DNA of 64,000 nt, taken from positions 1,440,001-1,504,000 of the forward strand of contig CBDCNP010000002.1 of assembly GCA_965219415.1 (NCBI GenBank), given 5' to 3'. Made by a program: the position numbers and the translations under genes. Shown here piece after piece: positions 56,121 through 64,000 of this stretch (positions are counted from its first letter, which is position 1; each line of letters begins with the position of its first letter). The notes below the pieces were generated by a model that saw only the letters and a list, made by a program, of their open reading frames with translations, searched no databases and was not told the DNA's origin. The stretch comes from Candidatus Marinacidobacterales bacterium (lineage in GTDB: Bacteria > Acidobacteriota > Vicinamibacteria > Marinacidobacterales > DATDRI01).

Positions 56121-56954
56121 TTAGAACTCCAGGTGCTCCTTCAGGAAGGCCACCGTTCGGGGCCAGGCCTTCTCGGTTGCCTTCCGGTTAGCTCCGTTCT
56201 GGCGATCTTGGGCCCGGAGGAAACCATGGCCGCCACCCTCGAAGATCTCAAACTCGTACTGACGGCCGAGCCGTTGCATTTCGGCGGCGGTGACCTCAAT
56301 GGTGGCGTTCACGCGATTGTCCTCACCGCCGTATAGGCCGAGGACCGGTGCTTGTACGTTTGCGAGCGCCTCCTTAGATGGAGCGGTGCCGTAATAGACG
56401 ACCGCGGCGCTCAAGTCCTCTTGCTTCGTGGAGTAGGCAAAGCTGGTTCGTCCCCCCCAGCAAAAACCGATGACCGCGAAGTCGTCGCTGGCCGAGGGCA
56501 ACCCGATCGCGTAGTAAGCAACACCATTCAGACGCTCGACGATTTCCTGGTCATCGAGCCCGCGAACTAGACGCCGTGCCCCATCGTTGTCGACCGAGTC
56601 CGAGCCTCCACCATCGGGTCCCTTTCCACTCAAGAGATCGGGGGCGATGGCGATAAAACCCTCGGCGGCAAGTTGGTCGGCCACCGCTCGGATCCAATCG
56701 GTGAGGCCGTAGATCTCGTGGATGACGACTACCACTGGTACCTTATCGTCACGCTCGGGATAGACGAGCCAAGCGTTGACGACGTCGCCTCCCGTTTCCA
56801 CCTTCACCCATTCGCCATGCCGGGATGAGTTGTTGAGTCTGTCGTGCGCTCCATCGGCGCCGGCTGGGAGATCCTGGGCGCTGGCGAAGGAGCTCAACAG
56901 CGTAACCAATACATTGGCCGCAGCAAGATTCGTCCAGATCGTCATCTTTCTCAC
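56121..56954 (-). CDS. Dienelactone hydrolase family protein with signal peptide
   Basis: HEIYGL, APDL, GFCWGG and HGF. Confidence 0.9.
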   Translation of the reverse strand: MRKMTIWTNLAAANVLVTLLSSFASAQDLPAGADGAHDRLNNSSRHGEWVKVETGGDVVNAWLVYPERDDKVPVVVVIHEIYGLTDWIRAVADQLAAEGFIAIAPDLLSGKGPDGGGSDSVDNDGARRLVRGLDDQEIVERLNGVAYYAIGLPSASDDFAVIGFCWGGRTSFAYSTKQEDLSAAVVYYGTAPSKEALANVQAPVLGLYGGEDNRVNATIEVTAAEMQRLGRQYEFEIFEGGGHGFLRAQDRQNGANRKATEKAWPRTVAFLKEHLEF

Positions 56955-57032
56955 CTTTCATGCAAGCATCGGGCTGTCAACTTAGCACAGCCTGGTGGTA
57001 TGATGCTCCCCGAAATTGAAGAGTTACGCAAG

Positions 57033-57713
57033 ATGCGTACACTAAAAAAGACCCTTCCCATTCTAACTTTCATCACAGTCGGTTTTGCCCTCTATGGGGC
57101 GTTCCTCTACGCACCCCGGGAACAGACGATGGGCGACTTGCAACGCATATTCTATTTCCATGTCGCCAGCTGGTGGATCGCTTTTCTCGCCTTTGCGGTG
57201 GTCTTCTTCGCAAGCGTCGCCTACTTGGCAACCCGGCGTCGCCAATACGACACCTTGGCACTGGCCTCCGCGGAAATTGGGGTCGTCTTCACAAGCATGG
57301 GCCTCTTCACCGGCCCGCTCTGGGCGAAACCCGCCTGGGGCATCTATTGGACCTGGGACGCGCGACTGACTCTTGCGCTCGTCCTGTGGCTCATTTACAT
57401 CTCCTACTTGATGCTCCGACGCTACATCCCCGACGAGGCCAAGCGGGCCAACCTGGCGGCGGTGGCCGGAATCATCGGATTCGTCGATGTTCCCATCGTC
57501 TACTTCTCGATCCGCTGGTGGCGCACGCAACATCCTCAGCCGGTGGTCATGGGAGGTGCCGATTCGGGACTCGATCCGCTGATGTTCCGGGCACTCATGA
57601 TGAGCCTGATGGCGTTCTTTTTTTTGTATCTCTGGTTACTTGATAAGCGATTCTCGATCGAACATGCACAGCAGGAAATCGAGCACCTTCACCGAAGGCT
57701 AGAGGGCCTATGA
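57033..57713 (+). CDS. ccmC: Heme exporter/WWD protein CcmC
   Basis: RIFYFHV, WGIYWTWDARLT and WWRTQHP. Confidence 0.93.
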   Translation: MRTLKKTLPILTFITVGFALYGAFLYAPREQTMGDLQRIFYFHVASWWIAFLAFAVVFFASVAYLATRRRQYDTLALASAEIGVVFTSMGLFTGPLWAKPAWGIYWTWDARLTLALVLWLIYISYLMLRRYIPDEAKRANLAAVAGIIGFVDVPIVYFSIRWWRTQHPQPVVMGGADSGLDPLMFRALMMSLMAFFFLYLWLLDKRFSIEHAQQEIEHLHRRLEGL

Positions 57714-57844
57714 GCTACTTGTTCGCCGCCTACATGGTCATTTGGGCCGCACTCTTCTTTTACTTGTTGAGCCTATCCAAGAAACAACAGCGACTCGACC
57801 GCGAGATCGAAACCCTCAAGAAGATTCTGGAGGAGAAGAAATAG
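57710..57844 (+). CDS. ccmD: CcmD-like small membrane protein, 44 aa (absent from ORF track)
   Basis: MSYLFAAYMVIWAALFFYLLSLSKKQQRLDREIETLKKILEEKK; ATGA overlap with ccmC. Confidence 0.85.
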   Translation: MSYLFAAYMVIWAALFFYLLSLSKKQQRLDREIETLKKILEEKK

Positions 57845-58356
57845 GCCGGCCGATCTCCCTTGTCCTTGCGATCGCGGCTCTCTCTGCGGGCCTAGCATGG
57901 ACCCAAGCCCCATCCCGCGAGCAGCTACGTCCAGTCGATGCTCCCGACATCCTGGAGATCGTTCACCAGCACCGGGGCAAGATCGTGCTCTTAAACTTTT
58001 GGGCCACTTGGTGCCCGCCGTGTATCGTCGAGTTCCCGGAGATCGTCTCTCTCGAGAAAGCCTACCGGGACCGCGGCTTGGTAGTGGTCTCGGTATCGGC
58101 GGACTTTCCGAAGGACATCGATACGAAGCTCCTGCCCTTCCTCGAAAAGCACCGGCCGGATTTTCCCGTTAACCTCAAGCAGACCGACGACGTCGACAAG
58201 TTCATTCGAATCATCGATCCCGAATGGACCGGTGCGATTCCGGCGACTTTTTTCTTCGAGCCTAGCGGGGGGGTTACAAGTAAAAAGTTCTCCGTCATGA
58301 CGAAAGAGGAAATGGTGCAGGTTGTCGAAGGACTCCTGGGAGACCCCAAGCCTTGA
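57841..58356 (+). CDS. TlpA/CcmG-like thioredoxin
   Basis: LNFWATWCPPC..EFP and IPAT; start uncertain. Confidence 0.85.
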   Translation: MGRPISLVLAIAALSAGLAWTQAPSREQLRPVDAPDILEIVHQHRGKIVLLNFWATWCPPCIVEFPEIVSLEKAYRDRGLVVVSVSADFPKDIDTKLLPFLEKHRPDFPVNLKQTDDVDKFIRIIDPEWTGAIPATFFFEPSGGVTSKKFSVMTKEEMVQVVEGLLGDPKP

Positions 58357-58360
58357 GAGT

Positions 58361-59278
58361 CTACTCGGCCCGGAGGGAGTTCGACAGGTTCAGGGATTCC
58401 TGCACTACATAGAGAGGCCGGCGCCGGACCTCCTCGGCGATCCCGGCGAGATATTGACCCAGTACCCAAAGCCCCACCAACTGGACGCCGCCGAGGAAAA
58501 ACAGAGCCGACGTCCCCGCCGACATCCCCCATACCCAGCCGACTAGCGATCCGACGCACACCGCCGCTCCTCCCAAACCCACGAGGGCGATCGGGAAACT
58601 ACTGAAGGAAAAGGTCGCGGTCCTTGCCAGGCGCAGCGTCGCCCCGAGTCGATACTTACTTTCCCCGCCCGCCCGAGCCGGCCGATCGTAGCCTACGCTG
58701 GTTTGGCGGAAACCGGTCCAGGCGACCAACCCCCGGAGAAACCGCCGTCGCTCGCGAAGCACGCGGAGCGCATCGGCGGCACGACGAGAAAGCAGGCGAA
58801 AATCGCCGGTATCAACAGGTACATCGACTGTGGAAACGAGCCGAATGAAACGATAGAAGGCAAAGGCGCTAGCACGCTTAAAGGCGGACTCACCCTGCCG
58901 AGCCCGCCGCCGGGCGTAAACGACGTCGAAACCATCTTTCCATCGCGCCACTAGATCCGGAATTAGCTCGGGCGGATCTTGCAGGTCGGAATCCATCAGT
59001 ATGACGGCGTCGCCATTTGCGTGATCGAGACCCGCCGTCAAAGCGATTTGATGTCCGAAGTTGCGGCTCAGAACGAGAACCCCGACACGCGCGTCGCCCT
59101 TTGCCAGTTCTGAAAGGAGCTCACGGGAGCGGTCGGAGCTTCCGTCATCGACATAGATCACCTCGAACGTCGCATCGAGAGAAGCCAAAACACCAACCAG
59201 GCGTTGGTGAAGCGCACCAATGTTGGCCTCCTCATTGAACACGGGAAGCGCAACACCGAGGCTGGGGCTGGACGCCAT
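58361..59278 (-). CDS. GT2 polyprenyl-phosphate glycosyltransferase (GtrB/YkoT-like)
   Basis: PVFNEE, VDDGS, SRNFGHQ, DSDLQDPP, GDFRL, two C-terminal TMs and RRPLY. Confidence 0.9.
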   Translation of the reverse strand: MASSPSLGVALPVFNEEANIGALHQRLVGVLASLDATFEVIYVDDGSSDRSRELLSELAKGDARVGVLVLSRNFGHQIALTAGLDHANGDAVILMDSDLQDPPELIPDLVARWKDGFDVVYARRRARQGESAFKRASAFAFYRFIRLVSTVDVPVDTGDFRLLSRRAADALRVLRERRRFLRGLVAWTGFRQTSVGYDRPARAGGESKYRLGATLRLARTATFSFSSFPIALVGLGGAAVCVGSLVGWVWGMSAGTSALFFLGGVQLVGLWVLGQYLAGIAEEVRRRPLYVVQESLNLSNSLRAE

Positions 59279-59363
59279 GCGCCAGAAGCATAACTTGGAC
59301 CGTCCGTTCGTGGCCAGTTTCTTTCTTGATGCGTGGGGCCGCTGCTCATAGAATGCAGCAGTC

Positions 59364-60107
59364 ATGATCGACAGGCCCGGAAGACTTGTTGGAAAAGCGG
59401 CGCTCATAACCGGTGCCAGCAAGGGAATCGGTCGCGGGATCGCGACCACCTTCCTGAAAGAAGGCGCTCGAGTCTTTCTCGGCGCGCGGGGGGAAAAGGG
59501 GCTTCAAGACGCGGCGGCGGAACTTCGGGAGCTCGGCCCGGAGGTCGACTTCGCGGCGGCGGACGTGGGCAACCCCGAAGAAGCCCAAAGACTCGCCGAT
59601 TCGGCGCTCGCGCGTTTTCCAGACCTCAGCATCCTGGTGAACAATGCCAGCATCCTCGGCAAGAGAGCTCAGTTGGTCGATCTCGACATCTCTACCTGGG
59701 ACGAGGTCCTACGCATCAATACCGCCAGCCTCTTTTACGTGACGCGTCCGCTCTTGCCAGCACTGATTCGTCGAGGGAGCGGTTCGGTCATCAATGTCAG
59801 CTCCAGCGTGGGTCGGAAGGGAAAACCGAATTGGGGTCCCTACGCAGTGTCGAAGTTCGGCTTGGAGGGTTTCACTCAAGTATTGGCCGAGGAGCTCCGC
59901 CCACATGGCCTTCGTGCGAATAGCGTGAACCCGGGCGCGACTCGTACCGAGATGCGCGCCGCTGCCTACCCCGACGAGGACCCGTTGACTCTTCCAACTC
60001 CGGAGGACATCGCCGAGGTCTTCGTCTACCTCGCTTCGGACGAATCGTCATCGGTCACCGGGCAGGCCTTCGAGGCGCGAGACTTCTTGAAGCCCGCCTC
60101 GGCGTAA
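59364..60107 (+). CDS. SDR oxidoreductase (YciK-like)
   Basis: TGASKGIG, NNA, YAVSK and NPGATRTEMRAAAYP. Confidence 0.9.
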   Translation: MIDRPGRLVGKAALITGASKGIGRGIATTFLKEGARVFLGARGEKGLQDAAAELRELGPEVDFAAADVGNPEEAQRLADSALARFPDLSILVNNASILGKRAQLVDLDISTWDEVLRINTASLFYVTRPLLPALIRRGSGSVINVSSSVGRKGKPNWGPYAVSKFGLEGFTQVLAEELRPHGLRANSVNPGATRTEMRAAAYPDEDPLTLPTPEDIAEVFVYLASDESSSVTGQAFEARDFLKPASA

Positions 60108-60111
60108 GAAC

Positions 60112-60438
60112 ATGGAAATCAAGACTCTCCTAGAAGCACGCCGGTTCTCGTCGGAGAAAATGCAAAAGGTCGGTCTCTTCGAAACTCACCGGCTCTTCTG
60201 CGATCTCTATTGCCTGGAACCCAATCAAGCGCAGAAGATTCACATTCATGTTGGCTCCGACAAAGTCTATGTCGCTCTCGAAGGTCGAGGAACCATGCAG
60301 GTCGGAGAAAAAAACGAAGAGATCGGACCGGGTCAGGCGGTGCTCGCCCCCGCCGGCGAGCCACACGGTGTCCGAAACCCCAATGGGGAGCGTCTGATTC
60401 TTCTCGTCTTCATGGCCCCACCGCCCTCCCATGCCTGA
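60112..60438 (+). CDS. Cupin domain protein
   Basis: H.H...D..Y...EG and PAGEPHG. Confidence 0.85.
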   Translation: MEIKTLLEARRFSSEKMQKVGLFETHRLFCDLYCLEPNQAQKIHIHVGSDKVYVALEGRGTMQVGEKNEEIGPGQAVLAPAGEPHGVRNPNGERLILLVFMAPPPSHA

Positions 60439-61780
60439 GCTTCCTCCTTCAACCGGCGCGACACGCGAAACCTTTACCTCTCGTTTCGGCTCGACCATGG
60501 CCCTGATCGGAGTCGCGGTCGGCCTGGCCAACGTCTGGCGCTTCCCCTACATGGCGGGCACGTTCGGTGGTGCCGCATTCGTTGCCGTGTACTTGGTCTT
60601 CGCATTACTTCTAGGCATTCCTGCCATCATGGCCGAGTGGACACTGGGTCGACACACCCGCCAAGGACCGGCCGGTGCTTTCACCGCGGCGGGAATGCCG
60701 GGCGGAAAGGCGGTCGGCATTCTGCTCTTTGTCACCGTCTTCATGGCCAGCTCCTACTACATGCTCATCATTGGACAGGTGCTCTTCTACCTAGTGGCCA
60801 CCCTCGCAGGCAGCTTCTCGGGCCAGGACCCCGCTGAGTTCTTTAGTCATCATCTCGAAGGCATTACGGTCGAGAACATCGTGAGCACTCTCGCCGTCTT
60901 CGTAGCCATCGCCGGCGTTTTGTACTTTGGCGTTCGTCGAGGCATCGAGTCGGTTTCTCGCATCGTCATGCCCATCGTTTTCGTTTCATTGTTCGTCGTG
61001 ATCATCCGCTCGGTCACTCTCCCCGGCGCGTGGGAGGGTGTCCGCTTCTTCCTCGTCCCGGACTTCTCGAAGATCACGGCGCAGACCCTGCTGGCGGCTT
61101 TGGGCCAGGTCTTCTTCAGCATGTCGCTTGGCGGCACGTTCTTCGTTCTCTACGGAAGCTACCTCCGCGCGGACGAAGACATCCCCCGAACGGCGGTGGC
61201 GACTGCGATAGGGGACCTGACCGCGGCGATGCTCGGCGGCCTCGCCATCTTGCCTGCCGTTTTCGCTCTCGGACTCGAGCCCGGGAGCGGCCCCTCGCTC
61301 ATCTTTATTACTCTCCCCGGAGTCTTCGCACAGATCCCCGGCGGTACCGTCGTGGGCGCGATCTTTTTCTCCGCACTCTTCTTCGCCGCCTTCCTATCCG
61401 GAGTCGCCGCCATCGAGGTCCTGGTGGACGGGTTGAATTTGTACTATGGGATGAGCCGGGCGCGCTCTCTGGTGGGGCTGGTTATCGTACAGGTATTGCT
61501 GTCGCTGATCCCCATGTGGAGTACTCAATACCTCATGTATAGCGACCTCATCTGGGGCTCCACCATGCAGCCAGTAGGAAGCGCCTTCACCTTGATCGCA
61601 CTGGGTTGGTTCGTGACGCGAGGGAAGGTCCTCGAAGAGGTGAACCGAGGGAGCTCGATCAAGATCGGCGATTTCTGGATCTTCTGGATCCGCTATGTGA
61701 TCCCGAGCGTCATCGTCGTTATTCTCATTTATGGATGGTGGGGTCCCTTACAGAATTTGATCAGCAAGATTCTTGGCTAG
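60431..61780 (+). CDS. Sodium-dependent transporter, NSS/SNF family
   Basis: AVGLANVWRFPY, GIE, QVFFSMSLG and GPSL.F.TLP. Confidence 0.93.
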   Translation: MPELPPSTGATRETFTSRFGSTMALIGVAVGLANVWRFPYMAGTFGGAAFVAVYLVFALLLGIPAIMAEWTLGRHTRQGPAGAFTAAGMPGGKAVGILLFVTVFMASSYYMLIIGQVLFYLVATLAGSFSGQDPAEFFSHHLEGITVENIVSTLAVFVAIAGVLYFGVRRGIESVSRIVMPIVFVSLFVVIIRSVTLPGAWEGVRFFLVPDFSKITAQTLLAALGQVFFSMSLGGTFFVLYGSYLRADEDIPRTAVATAIGDLTAAMLGGLAILPAVFALGLEPGSGPSLIFITLPGVFAQIPGGTVVGAIFFSALFFAAFLSGVAAIEVLVDGLNLYYGMSRARSLVGLVIVQVLLSLIPMWSTQYLMYSDLIWGSTMQPVGSAFTLIALGWFVTRGKVLEEVNRGSSIKIGDFWIFWIRYVIPSVIVVILIYGWWGPLQNLISKILG

Positions 61781-61799
61781 CGAGAAAGGATCTCTGGGA

Positions 61800-62228
61800 G
61801 TGAGCTTCGTAAAAAATATCGAGCGGGTCGCGATCGCAGTACGCGATCTCGATCGCGCACAGGAGTTCTTCGAGAAGGCGTTTGACGCCGAGTTCGAGAA
61901 CACCGAAGACGTCAAAGACATGAAGTTCCGCTACACGCCCTTTACTTTGGGCGGAAAGAGGCTGGAGCTTCTTTCGCCGTATGACGACGATAGCCCCATC
62001 GCTCGTTTTCTGAAGAAACGCGGCGAAGGGATTCATCACATTTCGTTCGAGGTCGACGACCTCGATCAAGCCATCGCCGAGCTCAAGAAAAGAGGCGTCA
62101 AGATCGCTTATCGCCACCAGTACGCTCCCGACGTGGGCTTCGAGGGATATCATTGGGACGAGGCCTTCGTCCATCCCCGAGACGCTTTCGGAGTGCTGAT
62201 CCACTTAGCCCAGAAACGCAAGGTGTGA
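61800..62228 (+). CDS. VOC family protein (methylmalonyl-CoA epimerase-like)
   Basis: AIAVRDL, LELL.P, GEGIHHISFEV and FVHP..AFGVLI. Confidence 0.85.
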   Translation: MSFVKNIERVAIAVRDLDRAQEFFEKAFDAEFENTEDVKDMKFRYTPFTLGGKRLELLSPYDDDSPIARFLKKRGEGIHHISFEVDDLDQAIAELKKRGVKIAYRHQYAPDVGFEGYHWDEAFVHPRDAFGVLIHLAQKRKV

Positions 62229-62235
62229 GCGCCCG

Positions 62236-63012
62236 ATGTCTCTCCAAGGCAAGGTCGCTGTGGTTACCGGCGCGAGTCGCGGGATCGGGCGAGCCATCGC
62301 TATTGCCCTAGCGAACGAGGGAGCTGCCGTCGCCATCGGCTCCCGCTCGCTCGAAGAGCTCGGCCAGGTAGCTTCTACCATCGAGTCCCACGGTGGCAAA
62401 GCAGTAGCCGTTCCTCTCGACGTCACCGACAAAGCCTCCATCGAGGCCGCAGCCAAAGAAACGGCAGCGTCGTTGGGTGCGGCAGATATCGTCGTCAACA
62501 ACGCCGGGATCGCGAAGAGCACCAAGACGGTCGACATGGAAGACAACCTCTGGGAAGAACTCCTGCGGGTGAACCTCACCGGTGCCTATCAGGTCACCCG
62601 AGCGTTCCTGCCGGGGCTCATCGACAAGAACTGGGGCAGGATCATCAATATCGCGTCCACCGCAGGAAAAGTGGGATTCCTTTACACCGCGGCCTATTGC
62701 GCGAGCAAACATGGGCTCCTCGGCTTCACGCGTGCGCTAGCGCTTGAAATGGTGCGGCACAACGTCACCGTCAACGCGATTTGTCCCGGCTATGTGGCGA
62801 CGGACATGACGAAACGGTCGATCGCCAACATTTCGCAGAAGACCGGGATGAGTGAGGCGGACGCGCGTTCTCGCCTGGAGAAGCTCTCTCCACAGAATCG
62901 ACTCATCGAGCCGGAGGAAGTGGCGCGCGTGGCGGTCATGCTGGCATCAGACGAGGCACGCGGTATCAACGGCCAGGCCATCAACATCGATGGCGGTGCC
63001 GTCTTCTACTAA
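62236..63012 (+). CDS. SDR oxidoreductase (3-hydroxyacyl-type)
   Basis: TGASRGIG, NNAG, YCASKHG and CPGYVATDM. Confidence 0.9.
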   Translation: MSLQGKVAVVTGASRGIGRAIAIALANEGAAVAIGSRSLEELGQVASTIESHGGKAVAVPLDVTDKASIEAAAKETAASLGAADIVVNNAGIAKSTKTVDMEDNLWEELLRVNLTGAYQVTRAFLPGLIDKNWGRIINIASTAGKVGFLYTAAYCASKHGLLGFTRALALEMVRHNVTVNAICPGYVATDMTKRSIANISQKTGMSEADARSRLEKLSPQNRLIEPEEVARVAVMLASDEARGINGQAINIDGGAVFY

Positions 63013-63024
63013 CTGAGGGGCTGC

Positions 63025-63825
63025 ATGCCATACAAGAGCTTCGTCTACTCGGTGGACGACTCGATTGCCACGATACGGCTAAACCGCCCGGACACACTGA
63101 ACTCCCTCACTTTCGAGGTCTATGAGGAGCTGGAGAAAACCTTCGCCGACCTCCAAGACGAGAGCGCCGTCCGCGCCGTCGTGCTGACCGGCGAAGGGCG
63201 TGGCTTTTGCTCCGGTGGCAGCGTCACGGAAATCATCGAGAAACTTCTTGAAGAAGACATCGATCGGAAGTACGAGTTCACGACTCTGACATGCAATGTC
63301 ATCCGCAACATGAGACAGCTACAAAAACCGATCGTCGCAGCGGTAAACGGAATCGCGGCTGGTGCAGGCGCAGTACTGGCACTGGCGAGTGACATCCGCG
63401 TGTGCGCCGAAAACGCCAAGTTCGCTTTCCTCTTCGTGAAGGTTGGCCTCGCGGGGGCAGACATGGGTGCGGCTTGGCTCCTGCCGCGCCTCGTCGGCAC
63501 CGGAATCGCCTCGGAGCTTCTCTTCACCGGCCGCTCCGTGGATGCGGCGGAGGCTCTCCGCATCGGCTTGGCCAACCGCGTGGTGCCGGCCGATGACCTC
63601 ATGCCAGAAACCTACAAGCTCGCCGAGAGACTTGCCAACGGACCGGCACACGCCATCGGACTGACGAAAGAGCTCATCGGCAGCGAGGCTTCGATGACGT
63701 TCGCGGATGCGCTCGAGGCCGAGGCACGAGCTCAAGCGACGCTCATGGAAAGACCGGAGTTCCGAGAAGGCTACGACGCCTTCATGGAAAAACGCCCGCC
63801 AGATTTCAAGAAGCTAGACTCATGA
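63025..63825 (+). CDS. Enoyl-CoA hydratase family protein
   Basis: LNRP..LNSLT, FCSGG, AAGAG and GLAGADMGA. Confidence 0.9.
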   Translation: MPYKSFVYSVDDSIATIRLNRPDTLNSLTFEVYEELEKTFADLQDESAVRAVVLTGEGRGFCSGGSVTEIIEKLLEEDIDRKYEFTTLTCNVIRNMRQLQKPIVAAVNGIAAGAGAVLALASDIRVCAENAKFAFLFVKVGLAGADMGAAWLLPRLVGTGIASELLFTGRSVDAAEALRIGLANRVVPADDLMPETYKLAERLANGPAHAIGLTKELIGSEASMTFADALEAEARAQATLMERPEFREGYDAFMEKRPPDFKKLDS

Positions 63826-64000
63826 GTGTCGATGTCTTCCTTAACGATGCTCAGCGCGAGCTAGCGCATCGGGTCCGATCTTGGGTCGAGCAGCACATCT
63901 ACTCCGATCCGGGAAAGGAAGACGGAGACATCGACCAAGAGGGTCTGAGACTCCTGGCGAGGCTTACCGAAGGCGGTTGGACCCCATACGTCGTTCCTGG
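63822..64000 (+). CDS. Probable acyl-CoA dehydrogenase, 5' end only
   Basis: ATGA-coupled ORF MSVDVFLNDAQRELAHRVRSW...LTEGGW runs off the window; matches ACAD N-terminal pattern and context. Confidence 0.6.
   Translation, partial: MSVDVFLNDAQRELAHRVRSWVEQHIYSDPGKEDGDIDQEGLRLLARLTEGGWTPYVVP

Noticed and set aside
1-64000. rRNA/tRNA genes and the many long antisense or alternate-frame ORFs (e.g. 47387-48562, 30206-31714, 13013-14164)
   Set aside because: No RNA gene signatures seen; the ORFs are shadows of well-supported genes in GC-rich DNA.

Overview
GC-rich bacterial DNA; gene content and style suggest Acidobacteriota (inference, unverified). The window has two contrasting parts. (1) About 1.5-45.6 kb is a large, heavily decayed cell-surface glycan building/decorating region. 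It holds about nine multi-TM GT-C-like proteins, four GT4s, a polyprenyl-phosphate GT2, three SAM methyltransferases, two SGNH proteins, RmlC/RmlD, a DegT aminotransferase, a radical SAM protein, an (alpha/alpha)6 glycosidase-like protein, five lipoprotein sulfatase-fold proteins that all carry Thr instead of the formylglycine Cys/Ser, and a lipoprotein arylsulfotransferase. Roughly two thirds of these genes are frameshifted, truncated or fused by deletion. A complete IS256-family element with 8-bp target duplication and a truncated second copy are also present. (2) About 45.6-64 kb is intact: frdABCD, an extended cytochrome c maturation locus with Cys-type CcmE, and SDR/cupin/NSS transporter/VOC/enoyl-CoA hydratase/acyl-CoA dehydrogenase genes. 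The best candidate for an undescribed system is the GT-C + Thr-type sulfatase-fold + arylsulfotransferase module, supported by a YfhO-like GT-C that carries a degenerate copy of the sulfatase module. All calls are from motif reading by eye; no database searches were run.
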